In this document: positions 18,196-27,733 of the stretch, in pieces | How positions within the stretch are numbered: the stretch's first letter is position 1 | Layout: each line of letters opens with the position of its first letter | Assembly (NCBI GenBank): GCA_965197905.1 | Contig: CBDAOB010000003.1 | Location: 544,001 to 608,000 of the forward strand | Reading direction: 5' to 3' | DNA length: 64,000 nucleotides | From: Candidatus Latescibacterota bacterium | Lineage (GTDB): Bacteria > Latescibacterota > UBA2968 > UBA8231 | Program-made: the position numbers and the translations under genes | Notes under the pieces: generated by a model | What the model saw: only the letters and a program-made list of their open reading frames with translations | Database searches by the model: none | Told to the model about the DNA's origin: nothing

Positions 18196-19374
18196 TTGCC
18201 CATGAACTCGAACCTTTCTCGCGCTCTTCCAGCGCTTCTCGCCTTCGCCCTACTCTGCTGCGGCGACGGCAACCGTTCCACCAAATTCTCTGAGGACTCC
18301 AGCGCGACCGAGAATGCGTCCGTTGTCTCCTCCCCAGGTACCCTCGCCGAACCCCAGTTACCCGAAAGCTCGCTGCTGCGGTTCAGAGACACGGCAACCG
18401 GAAGTATCTGGAACCTGCGCGGCGAGGCGCTTAGCGGCGACCTGGCGGGGGCGCAGCTGCAGCAGATGCCTGCCTACAGCGCTTACTGGTTCGCCTGGTC
18501 CTCTTTCTGGCCCAACACCTCGGTGTGGAACGCAGTGGAAACCGACGGCGTTATCGAGCGTGAAATCTTCACCGCCATTCCCCAGCGCGAATATGTGGGT
18601 GACGTCCCCAAGGACGGCATTCCGCCACTAGACGATCCGCCTCGCGACCTCGGGGCAGCACAGTTCGTAGCGGCGGAAGACGCCATCCACGTCAATGACG
18701 AGCACATCGTTATGGGAGTGCACATCGAGGGTGATGCGCGCGCCTATCCCGTACGCATCTTGAATTTCCATGAAATAGTCAATCATACCGTGGGCGGGAC
18801 GAAAATCAGCGTGACCTGCTGTCCGCTTACAGCGTCCGGGATCAATATTTCAGGGGACGGCATCGAGTTCGGCAACACCGGTGGCCTCTACAACAACAAC
18901 ATGGTGATGTACGACCGGGAGACCGAAAGCTTCTGGGCTCAAATGCGGCTGGGTTCGATCCTTGGTCCTCGCGCCGGCGAGCGTTTGAAACATCTGCCGG
19001 TCTATCAGGGCACCTGGAAAGCCTGGCACGAGCTGTATCCGGAAACCCAAGTGCTGTCGACCGACACCGGATACGTGCGCAACTATGCTGGCGATTTTTA
19101 TGTCGACTCGGGCTACACGACCAGCGACGGGTACTGGTTCTGGCAAGCCGACAGCTACGATACCCGTTTCCATCCCAAGGAGATCATTCTCGGTCTGCTG
19201 GGAGAGCGATCCAGTCGAGCCTACCTATCTGCCAAATTGCGGGAAGAACCAGTCGTGAACGATCGCTTCGAAGGAACTGATCTGGTCGTCGTCTACGATG
19301 AAACGGCAAAGGCGGCACTGGCCTTCGAACGCGAGTTGAACGGACGCACCTTGACCTTCGAACCTGTGGATTGA
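18196..19374 (+). CDS. DUF3179 family lipoprotein, apparently circularly permuted
   Basis: PKDGIPPLDDP, ARAYP, HEIVNH, CPLTASG, GLYNNNMVMYDRETESFW. The WFAW-containing segment lies at the N-terminus. Confidence 0.85.
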   Translation: MPMNSNLSRALPALLAFALLCCGDGNRSTKFSEDSSATENASVVSSPGTLAEPQLPESSLLRFRDTATGSIWNLRGEALSGDLAGAQLQQMPAYSAYWFAWSSFWPNTSVWNAVETDGVIEREIFTAIPQREYVGDVPKDGIPPLDDPPRDLGAAQFVAAEDAIHVNDEHIVMGVHIEGDARAYPVRILNFHEIVNHTVGGTKISVTCCPLTASGINISGDGIEFGNTGGLYNNNMVMYDRETESFWAQMRLGSILGPRAGERLKHLPVYQGTWKAWHELYPETQVLSTDTGYVRNYAGDFYVDSGYTTSDGYWFWQADSYDTRFHPKEIILGLLGERSSRAYLSAKLREEPVVNDRFEGTDLVVVYDETAKAALAFERELNGRTLTFEPVD

Positions 19375-19410
19375 GCCGGCGCTCACTGCATGGAGCCGAG
19401 GGGCGAGCAG

Positions 19411-21333
19411 CTAGACCGTCGCCACTTTTTCAGCAATAGATACGGCCAGCTCTCTGCGCCGAGCCGACACCCGGTCGATTTGTACGCGGACCCGGTCCCC
19501 CGTGTCGACGTTGCGCTCCCTACGCGTCGGCACAAACGTCCGCAGCCGGTCGCCCAGAAGACCGACGATCACACCGCCGGCCAGACGCTCAATGACAACA
19601 CCTTCGGCCACGCTATCAATGGCTTCCAGGTACTTCAGCAGCCAATAGCGGCGGGACGTCCGCTCCACATCTCGCTTCACCTCGCGTGCATAGGCCGTCG
19701 TTTCCAACACGCGACTCAGATCCGCCTCCCCCTTGACGGAGGTGCCCTTGCATATCCACTGCAGTAGCTGACGCTGCATGACAAAATCGACCGCCGAGCC
19801 AAACGGATCGGAAATAGGTGTGCCGATCTCCCTCCCTGAATCATCCCTTCCCAGGTTTTCGTTGATTGCCGGAATCCCGTTCTCGGCGCAGAACCTGCCC
19901 GCCATTGAATCTGCCAGGAGGTTCAACTCCTCGTAGATGGTTCGTGCGGGCTCTTCCGAGGTTAGATCCAGGAGGGTGGGCTCGCCACCCACCACAAGTA
20001 CATCCGAGAGTGTTGGCGTCGCCCCAGAGCTACCGTTTTCGCCTTCTGCCAACCTGTGGTCTTGGAGGTGCTTGGCGTATCGCAAGAGTCCTCGAAGCAC
20101 GGCGTCGTGATCTGCGGCTTGGCTGGCGCTTGTGAAATCCAGCAGTTTGTCGGCACGCATTCGGCGTATCCGAATCGTACTGCGCCGGAGTTTAAAGTGC
20201 CGGTCCAAGAGGAGCTCGATGGAAAGAGCGGTCGTCTTCCTTCGATCCGACCATTCCGCGGCTTCGATGACCTGCGGTGGAACCAGGGGAATCGTCTGTT
20301 CGGGAAGGTTCAAGGTAGTTCCTCTTGCCATGATCTCGGCCTCGACGAGGCCCCCGTCTTGAACCAGCGCGCCAGGCAGCGCCAGATGAATGCCGACACG
20401 GTAACCACCAAGAAGCTTCCTACGGAAACTGAATGCCCGATCCTTTACTCCAGACCTAGGCGAAATCGCCAATACCTTGCCGATCCACCAGGGTCGAGCT
20501 CTCGGTAGCGGCCCCCGACAGCTTGCTTCGGCTTCTGCCAGTACAGCGGTTGGAAACTCGATCGGCACGTCATTTCGCAAGAGCTCCAGGTTTTCGTCGG
20601 GCTTCCAATGACCGAGCTCGACCAATAGGTCGAAAGCCGCCCACCGGCCATGGAGATGAGCCGCCTTCATCAGCTGGCTGATCTCGCCCCGGCGTTCGCT
20701 ATCGGCCCCGTGCAACACGAACTCCTGAAGCAAACCGATAGCTTCTCCGGCACCGGGTGGTTCGCTCACGACTTCACCGTCCGCCACGGCGCGCAGCCAG
20801 TCCGCAATGACCTGCTGCTCCAGCTGACGTCTGGCGGCGCGGCCGGTCCGTTCGCGACCACGCACCACGGAGTCGCGCGTGCGGGGGGCGTACGACCTGC
20901 CGTGGCGGACGAACCAGATGCCGTCGTCGAGGGCACGGGCAAGCACGGCCATGTCGTCGTGACCCTCTTCACCGAAGTAGAGCTCGGTAAGATCCTTCAG
21001 CTCGAATTCGTGGGTTGCGCTTTCGATGGCGAGTTCCCACAAAATTTCGAGTTCCACCAAGTCCTTCGCCCGCTCGCGGCGGGCATGGATCTCGGTCAAC
21101 TGTTCGATCAGTAAATGTCGTTGTTTGCCGTTGATCCTCTCCGTGCCAAAACTCACGATCTTGGAGCGGCGCAAAGAGTACTCGCGTCCGGTGTGGTCCA
21201 GGATCGTAAGGCCCTTGCGGCCAGCCGGGTTGGGGCGGACGACACCGCAGATATGGCGACCACCTCGGAGAAACTCGACGATCCTCCCTACGTCCGCGTT
21301 GCGATCCGGCTTTTCGCGACGCTGTCCGGTCAA
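19411..21333 (-). CDS. RNase II/RNB-like protein with degenerate active site and C-terminal S1-like domain
   Basis: LEILWEL, AFDLLVELGHW, ENLEL, VGIHLA, RGTTLNLPEQTIPLVP and RYWLLKYL match the short RNase II subfamily; catalytic motifs are altered. Confidence 0.75.
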   Translation of the reverse strand: MTGQRREKPDRNADVGRIVEFLRGGRHICGVVRPNPAGRKGLTILDHTGREYSLRRSKIVSFGTERINGKQRHLLIEQLTEIHARRERAKDLVELEILWELAIESATHEFELKDLTELYFGEEGHDDMAVLARALDDGIWFVRHGRSYAPRTRDSVVRGRERTGRAARRQLEQQVIADWLRAVADGEVVSEPPGAGEAIGLLQEFVLHGADSERRGEISQLMKAAHLHGRWAAFDLLVELGHWKPDENLELLRNDVPIEFPTAVLAEAEASCRGPLPRARPWWIGKVLAISPRSGVKDRAFSFRRKLLGGYRVGIHLALPGALVQDGGLVEAEIMARGTTLNLPEQTIPLVPPQVIEAAEWSDRRKTTALSIELLLDRHFKLRRSTIRIRRMRADKLLDFTSASQAADHDAVLRGLLRYAKHLQDHRLAEGENGSSGATPTLSDVLVVGGEPTLLDLTSEEPARTIYEELNLLADSMAGRFCAENGIPAINENLGRDDSGREIGTPISDPFGSAVDFVMQRQLLQWICKGTSVKGEADLSRVLETTAYAREVKRDVERTSRRYWLLKYLEAIDSVAEGVVIERLAGGVIVGLLGDRLRTFVPTRRERNVDTGDRVRVQIDRVSARRRELAVSIAEKVATV

Positions 21334-21565
21334 CGCCTCGGCGATCCCCTGCCTGAGCTCTATATCCCCTTTATCTTAGAACGTCAGCGTACCAGGTTTT
21401 CATAAGCTAAAGGTCCTTATCCCAACCCTATCCGGGAGGTTGAATAGTGTCAAGAAAAATGCGGAGCGTTGCCCAACACTGAACCCAGATGTCTTTTCAT
21501 GATATGATCCAGGAATATCGTTAGATTCGGCACTACCGAGTACCTTCTTTAGCAGGAGCGATCAA

Positions 21566-22309
21566 ATGTTGGAGCTGAGACTTCGAGAACAGACGTTTGG
21601 CCAGGACGAATCCGGACACAACGAATGGAAGGTGAGGGAATGGTCTGAAATGATTCCCGCCGCCGGCGCGGCGCTGCTTCTTTGTGACGTGTGGGACGCC
21701 CACTGGTGCCGGGGCGCGGTTGAACGGTTGGAAGCCATGATTCCGCGCATGAACGAAACCGTTGCGGCCGCTAGAAAGTCGGGAGTCTTGATCGTTCACG
21801 CACCCTCCGGCACGATGGGCCAGTACGAAGGGACCAAGGCAAGACAACGAGTCAGGGAAGTGCCATCGGCGCTACCTCAAGAGCTTGAACGCGACGATCC
21901 TCCAATGCCGGTTGACGCCTCCGACCATGGCTCCGATACCGGCGAGATAAAATCCGGCCAGCCGTATTCAAGACAGCACTACGGAATCGAGATCGATCAA
22001 ACCTCCGATTTGATTTCCGATGACGGCAGAGAGGTCTACAACGCCCTCGTCCACGGTAAGCGAGATAGAATGCTGATCCTGGGGGTCCATACCAACATGT
22101 GTGTGGTGGGCCGGAGTTTCGGCATCAAACAGATGGTGTGCTGGGGCATCAAACCCGTGTTGATTCGCGATCTTACGGATGCCATGTACAACCCGGCCAT
22201 GCCGCCCTACGTTAGCCACGAGGAGGGCACCCAACTGACCATCGGATATATCGAGAAGTTCTGGTGCCCGTCGGTGTTGAGCGAGGATATCATCAGTAGT
22301 AGCAAGTAG
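21566..22309 (+). CDS. Isochorismatase-like cysteine hydrolase
   Basis: CDVWDAHWC, IVHAPS, GVHTNMCV, RDLTDAMYNP. Confidence 0.85.
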   Translation: MLELRLREQTFGQDESGHNEWKVREWSEMIPAAGAALLLCDVWDAHWCRGAVERLEAMIPRMNETVAAARKSGVLIVHAPSGTMGQYEGTKARQRVREVPSALPQELERDDPPMPVDASDHGSDTGEIKSGQPYSRQHYGIEIDQTSDLISDDGREVYNALVHGKRDRMLILGVHTNMCVVGRSFGIKQMVCWGIKPVLIRDLTDAMYNPAMPPYVSHEEGTQLTIGYIEKFWCPSVLSEDIISSSK

Positions 22310-22533
22310 TTATGAATTTAGGTGCGCTGGGCGTACCACACTGGTACCACATTGCTTGCAGTATCTGCACTTTGAAGGGGCACTGAAAAAATCTGGTCGC
22401 CCGCTTTTTTGGTAGATATTCAGCAGCATCCGGCATCAGGAAGGTACCCCGCCGGATGACAGCTGGATAACAAAGAAACCCTCATTGAGGGAAACGCATC
22501 TGACCATGCACGGATTAATTCAGGAGACTTCCT

Positions 22534-22998
22534 ATGAAATCCGCTGGTGAAATTGGATGGATCAAAGTCATCAAGAAACTGGAGATTTTCCACCAGCTCG
22601 GCGAGGAAGAATGCGTTCACATACTTGGGCTATGTAAGCGTAGAGCGTTTGATGCAGGTGAGATCATATGGAAGCCGGGAGATCCTGGTGTGGATATGCT
22701 CGTGCTGATCACAGGCAGACTTCATGTAACCAACGCGAAAGGAAAACTGATTGGCCAGGTCTTACCGGGGGCTTCCTTCGGCGAGATGGCCTGTTTGTCG
22801 GGAGAGAGAAGGTTCGTCGGTTTTGAGGCCGTCGAGCCGTCAATCGCGTTGTCGTTGTCCCGCCGCGATCTGCTCGCGTGTGCTCTCCCTGGGCTCTACT
22901 CTCAGATATTGGAGACGACGATCGGGCTGCTCGGACAACGTATCAGCCGTACAAGCACCGGAGTAGATACTGCAGATGGGGAACCCGGCCTCTGGTAA
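22534..22998 (+). CDS. Cyclic nucleotide-binding domain protein
   Basis: GEIIWKPGDPG, FGEMACLSGERR; AGGAG RBS. Confidence 0.85.
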   Translation: MKSAGEIGWIKVIKKLEIFHQLGEEECVHILGLCKRRAFDAGEIIWKPGDPGVDMLVLITGRLHVTNAKGKLIGQVLPGASFGEMACLSGERRFVGFEAVEPSIALSLSRRDLLACALPGLYSQILETTIGLLGQRISRTSTGVDTADGEPGLW

Positions 22999-23147
22999 GG
23001 TCACGTGTCCTGCGCGTGAGGACACTCCCTCCGATAATTCTTTGTAGGAGTAAGGCCGCAGAATAGATAGAGGTTCAGAGAATAGCCCACAGTCCCTTGT
23101 CGGTTTGCGGAAACTCGACCTGGCGCCGCCCCGCTACGCTCAGGGTC

Positions 23148-23722
23148 CTACCCCTCGACACGGAACAGACCCACCACATGTCGCCCGAGGCCGGGGCGAA
23201 CCAACCGCAACCGGGTCCACACATGTCGCCACAGGAGACGGCGCAAGGGTGCCACCTCCACGACCCAAAAACGGTTTAACGTCGAGCGCGTAACCGCATC
23301 TAGGAGCCAGCTGCCACCGTAGACGTGATCGACGTGGACACATTCCAGATCGTTGTAGGCGACCTGCTCTCTGAGTAAGGCCTCATCGTAGTGGCGGTAG
23401 TGCTTGGCATGTATGGGCGCCACCGTACTCGGCACCGAGAGCAATAGATGTCCGCCAGGCGCCACTCGCTTCCGCAGCGAGGCCACGAAGGCGTTGACGC
23501 CATCATCCGGGATGTGTTCGAGGACCTCCACCGCTGAAACAAACTCAAAGCGCTCGCCATCAAGGTCCGCCAGGTCGGCGCAGAAATGTGCCTGCGGATT
23601 GAAAGCACGAGCGTAGTCGAGTGCCCGGGGCGAGAAGTCGACGCCGTTCCGTTTTCGACGTGCGGTAGGTAGTGGTAGGGAAATTCGTACTCCTCTTCCT
23701 GTATCTGCGCTCTATCTGTCAT
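23148..23722 (-). pseudogene. Class I SAM-dependent methyltransferase with internal deletion and frameshift
   Basis: N-terminal MTDRAQIQEEEYEFPYHYLPHVENG joins out of frame to GVDFSPRALDYARAFNP...VEVLEHIPDD...LLSVPS...KHYRHY. The Gly-rich SAM motif I is absent. Confidence 0.8.
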
Positions 23723-23924
23723 GCTCCGCCTATCGCTTCCCACATGTGTTTGGCCAGTCCGGCGCAGCGCACCCACGTGAACAGAACAGCATGTACGCCG
23801 CCGAGGTGCCCAAGGCTGGCCAGGACCGTCGGGCGGCCGTTTGCCAACTACACGCTAACCTGCGCCGTGTTTGGGGAGGGGCGGACGCGAAGATATCGTT
23901 CATTGTCCGATCTGCGTGCTTTGC

Positions 23925-24416
23925 TCAACGCGTGCGCTCATAGGTCTTTTGAATGACCAGCGCGTCCAGGCTCGCCCGATGCCTCTTGATATCCATCTCG
24001 GCAACGATCTGGTCTTTGGTTTGATGCCACTCTTCCATCTGTTCCTCGGACAGGATAAAATCGAGGGCACTGAAGTGAAACCGGCAGGCTACACCCGCCG
24101 CCTCAAAGAGCTGGCTAAGCCACGGACTGTCTACCTCCCAACCGTCGCTGAAGACCGTCTCAACGTCGACGAATTTATTCAGATCATTGGCGACTTCCTC
24201 GATCGGTCGTCCGTGTGTTTCGAGGATATCGCGGGGAATGCGGTGCACGCGCTCGGCCCCTTCATCCCAAAAGGTCCAGTCATCTTTGGGCAGAACCAGA
24301 TAGCAGAGAGTGTCACCCGACTCCAGGGCAACACCGATCTCGATCGGATAGCTTCTCGGGCCGAATCCCGAGGCCTCCACGTCGATTATCGTGGGCGTTG
24401 AAATAGGGCCGAACAT
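23925..24416 (-). CDS. DEDDh 3'-5' exonuclease-like protein
   Basis: IIDVEASG, YPIEIG, HRASLDA; AAGGAG RBS. Confidence 0.8.
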   Translation of the reverse strand: MFGPISTPTIIDVEASGFGPRSYPIEIGVALESGDTLCYLVLPKDDWTFWDEGAERVHRIPRDILETHGRPIEEVANDLNKFVDVETVFSDGWEVDSPWLSQLFEAAGVACRFHFSALDFILSEEQMEEWHQTKDQIVAEMDIKRHRASLDALVIQKTYERTR

Positions 24417-25457
24417 GGCCAACACTCCTTTGGCGGCGTTGTCAACTTATCCATCTGCAGACACATCGATTCGCGCCCAACGTGCGCTCTTGATGATATT
24501 GTCACCCGCGTAGAAGACAACGAAAACGGTGCCGTCCGCTAACAACTGACCCCGCGGATGACCGAAGCGCCAGGTCTTCATGTCATCGAATTTTTCCTTG
24601 GTGCTGCGGCCTTTCCTGGCTCCGGGCTCGGTGCCGGCACCACTCTCGTAGACGATGAGGTCCTGGTTCCGGTCTCACGTCCTACCGAAGTCCTCGCTGA
24701 TAGAAGCGTGAATGCCGGCGGGATCGTCATCCCGGTTTGGGTGCACCGCCAGCAATCGCTCCCCACCGAGAGCGACCGGCTGGCAGTGTTGGCCGTGCAA
24801 GCCCGTCTCGACCGGGATTGTCCATGAGCGCGCGTCCGGTGTTCCCCAGCTGATATGAATGTCGATGTCACGACCGCTGGCCGGCTCATGGGTCCAGAAC
24901 ATGGCCACCCATTGGCCCGTATCGGGGTGTTGTGCAAGTCTCAGATCCCAGTAGAACAGCTCGTTGTTCGGATGCTGGGCGACCGGCACGTACTCGGGCC
25001 AAGTCGCCCCGTTATCCTTCGACAGGCGAAACCAGCATCCCGGCACTCCTGGCGACGTATCATCGTACTCCTTCCACTTCTCGTACGGCTGGCCCAGTTC
25101 GCCGCCGGGCAGCAGATAGGAAGGTTGCGTCGCACAAGAGGCGGCCAGATGGGGCGCCGTCTCCATCTCGCGCCACTCATCCCAGGTGCGCCCGCCATCC
25201 GTCGACGTGGTGTGGAGGATCCGCATCGGTAGAAATCCCTGTGTCTTCGGGTTGGCCATGGGCAGCTCCGGACGCGAGCGGTCGATCCACAATCCGGTGG
25301 CGGTGAGGACACCCGGCTCGTGTTCGACCGGCGTCAGGCAGAGAAGCTCTCCTGGAGTATCGCCCCACGCGCCTTGGTTGCGGCTATTGGATCGCATCTC
25401 CCAGGTTTCGCCCAGGTCGGTGCTCACGAACAGGCCGTGATGGCCCCCGAGGGTATC

Positions 25458-27598
25458 GTGCGCCACGAGGCGCCAGAGAACCGGGTGGGATGCAAGGACC
25501 CACCAACGGGCTGTCGCAGCAGCCCGTTGAAGCTGGAGGCAGCCTGACCCTGGGAGCGCAGGGGAAGGTGGAAGCAGCCTCGACAACGACAGAGTGGAGT
25601 GGCACCTCCAGACACTCCACGTCTGGCAAGCAAGACGGAATGGTGTAACCCGAAGTGAACCAGTGATGGAACCCCCTTTAGCGGCCCGCCAACCCAAACC
25701 TGGTGGATAAGGGTTGGTACGCAACGCACGTGGTCGGATATATGACCGACTGCGACTCTGGGGAGGTGTGATACCCACCGAAGCAGAGGCCTTGGAGAAT
25801 GCCTGCGGCGTACCCAAGGCGAAGTTGCAGGGGAAAAGCTGGGCACCTCCCCCGTCAAACGGTTCATGGTGAACGTGGGAACCGAGCCGAGTCCGACCGT
25901 TATCGGGGCAGCGCGCTGTCCGCTGTGGGGCTTGGCAAGGGACGGAGCCTCTGTAGTAGTCCGCGAGCGGGAAAGCCGCTTACATGGCGAAGGGAGGCAG
26001 CAAGTTGCGCAGTGGGGTACTGGAAAAACAGGAGGACGCCGGTGAATGCCAGCGCTTCGTGGCCCGAGGCAGAACAAGCCCGTAATCGAGTACTGGAAAT
26101 CCAGACCAAACTGCACCGTTGGGCTGTAGAGGATCGAAGCAAGTGCTTCGACGACCTGTTCAACCTGGTGTGTGACCCGGCGTTTTTGAGTGTAGCCTGG
26201 CGTCGGGTGCGCAGCAACAAGGGTGCTCGTTCGGCCGGAGTGGACGGACAAACGGCCTACTCTGTGGAGACGGAACGCGGCGAGGAGGCCTTTCTCGCCG
26301 AGGTGCGGGTTGATCTGAAGACCCGCAGTTTCCGGCCTCTGCCCGTACGCGAGCGGTTGATTCCGAAACCTGGCACAACGAAGAAGCGCCGGCTCGGCAT
26401 CCCAACCGCTCGGGACCGAGTGGTCCAAGCCGCACTCAAGCTGGTGCTCGAACCGATCTTCGAAGCGGACTTCAAGCCGTGCTCCTACGGCTTCCGCCCG
26501 AATCGGCGGGCTCAGGACGCCATCGCCGAGATTCATCAATTCTGCTCCCGCTCTTATGAGTGGGTGGTGGAGGGCGATATCCGTGCTTGTTTCGATGAGA
26601 TTGATCACGCAGCCCTCTTGGACCGCGTGCGTCGACGTATCGGTGATAAGCATGTTCTGAGGCTTGTAAAAGCGTTCTGCAAGGCCGGTGTCCTCACGGA
26701 ACAATCGGTGTTGCAAGAAAGCACTTCGGGCACTCCGCAAGGCGGTATTCTCTCACCGCTGGTGGCAAATATCGCCTTATCCGTCCTCGACGATTATTTC
26801 ACTGAGGTCTGGAGAAAGGTGGGCGCTACCTCCAGTGCGCGACAAGCGCATCGGCGAAAGGGGCTACCGACTTGTCGGCTTGTCCGTTACGCTGACGATT
26901 TCGTGCTGCTGGTGGCGGGCACCGAAGCTGCAGCGTATGACCTGCGCGACCAAGCGGGGGTGACTCTCACCCCCATGGGTCTGCACCTGTCGGAGACGAA
27001 GACCGCCATCACGCACATCAGCCGTGGCTTCGATTTCCTGGGCTTTCGCATTCAGAAGCGACGGAAACCGGGCCCGGTTGGCGCACGCATCTATACGTGG
27101 CCAAGAAAGGAATCTCTGGCCCGGTTGAAGAGCACGGTGCGCGCAGTCACGAGAACGGGTCGGCAGAGGCCGTTGAAGAGCCTTCTGCGCCAACTCAATC
27201 CGGTGTTGCGGGGGTGGGCCAACTACTTTCAGTACGGGGTGTCGAAGGCCACTTTCAACTACGTGCGGGGCTTCACTTGGCGCCGCGTAGTGCATTGGCT
27301 GCGCCGCAAGCACCCGCGCTTTAATTGGAGGAAGCTGAAACGCCGCTACCTGCCAGGATGGTGGCCCACCGAGGACGGGATTGCTCTTTACAACGTCGGC
27401 GAAGTAGCAGTGACTCGTTACCGCTATCGATCGGCGCGGATCCCTTCTCCCTGGCCTGCGACAACCGGATGAGACTCTGCGGTCACACGGCACCTTGTGG
27501 AGAGCCGGATGCGTGGTAACGCGCACGTCCGGTTCGGAGGGCGGGCCGGAGAAACCCACATCACGCGTGTGGCGCAGGGCGCTCCGGTCCGACCCTAC
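25458..27598 (+). mobile_element. Group II intron (IIB-like, 2141 nt)
   Basis: 5' end GTGCG; domain V GAGCCGGATGCGTGGTAACGCGCACGTCCGGTTC; domain VI ending CCCTAC; EBS1 GATACC pairs with the flanking GGTATC; removal restores the host reading frame. Confidence 0.96.
26042..27472 (+). CDS. ltrA: Group II intron reverse transcriptase/maturase lacking an endonuclease domain
   Basis: AGGAGG RBS and GTG start; GVDG, IPK...RRLGIPT..DRVVQ, SYGFRP, GTPQGGILSP, RYADDF, FDFLGF; X domain LNPVLRGWANYF; ends with no HNH domain. Confidence 0.96.
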   Translation: MNASASWPEAEQARNRVLEIQTKLHRWAVEDRSKCFDDLFNLVCDPAFLSVAWRRVRSNKGARSAGVDGQTAYSVETERGEEAFLAEVRVDLKTRSFRPLPVRERLIPKPGTTKKRRLGIPTARDRVVQAALKLVLEPIFEADFKPCSYGFRPNRRAQDAIAEIHQFCSRSYEWVVEGDIRACFDEIDHAALLDRVRRRIGDKHVLRLVKAFCKAGVLTEQSVLQESTSGTPQGGILSPLVANIALSVLDDYFTEVWRKVGATSSARQAHRRKGLPTCRLVRYADDFVLLVAGTEAAAYDLRDQAGVTLTPMGLHLSETKTAITHISRGFDFLGFRIQKRRKPGPVGARIYTWPRKESLARLKSTVRAVTRTGRQRPLKSLLRQLNPVLRGWANYFQYGVSKATFNYVRGFTWRRVVHWLRRKHPRFNWRKLKRRYLPGWWPTEDGIALYNVGEVAVTRYRYRSARIPSPWPATTG

Positions 27599-27733
27599 GC
27601 GCTCCTTGTCCAGCCGGCAGGTCGCCATCAAGGTGCCATCCTGCAGTTGCGTAATGGTGGTGCGCGCGCAGGACCGTTGGTACTCTGGTGCCTTGCTACC
27701 GTCGTGTATAAATCCGGAACCGATAACTCGCAT

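Larger units (their letters stand above)
24447..27733 (-). pseudogene. BNR/Asp-box sialidase-family gene disrupted by an antisense group II intron and a premature TGA (24675-24677)
   Basis: Segment 27733-27599 (45 codons, ...CRLDKER) joins in frame to 25457-24447 (DTLGGHHGLF...). Asp-boxes are STDLGETW, STDGGRTW, SKDNGATW and SEDFGRT*. The frame continues past the TGA to TAA at 24447. Confidence 0.9.

Noticed and set aside
22310..22533. Possible riboswitch or sigma54 promoter upstream of the cNMP-binding gene (CATCCGGC/GCCGGATG hairpin; TGGTAC...TTGC)
   Set aside because: No riboswitch consensus was recognised, and the GG-to-GC spacing is 9 nt rather than the required 10.
24675..24677. TGA at a Trp position as evidence for a UGA=Trp genetic code or for selenocysteine
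   Set aside because: Many genes here end in TGA (including ATGA/GTGA overlaps) and TGG is used throughout. The position is Trp rather than Cys, and the gene is already broken by the intron.
25799..27472. RT as a retron, DGR or defence-associated RT
   Set aside because: It has a YADD motif, a maturase X domain, flanking domain V/VI RNA and GTGCG...AC ends, so it is a typical group II intron. The track's 81-codon N-terminal extension is intron RNA.
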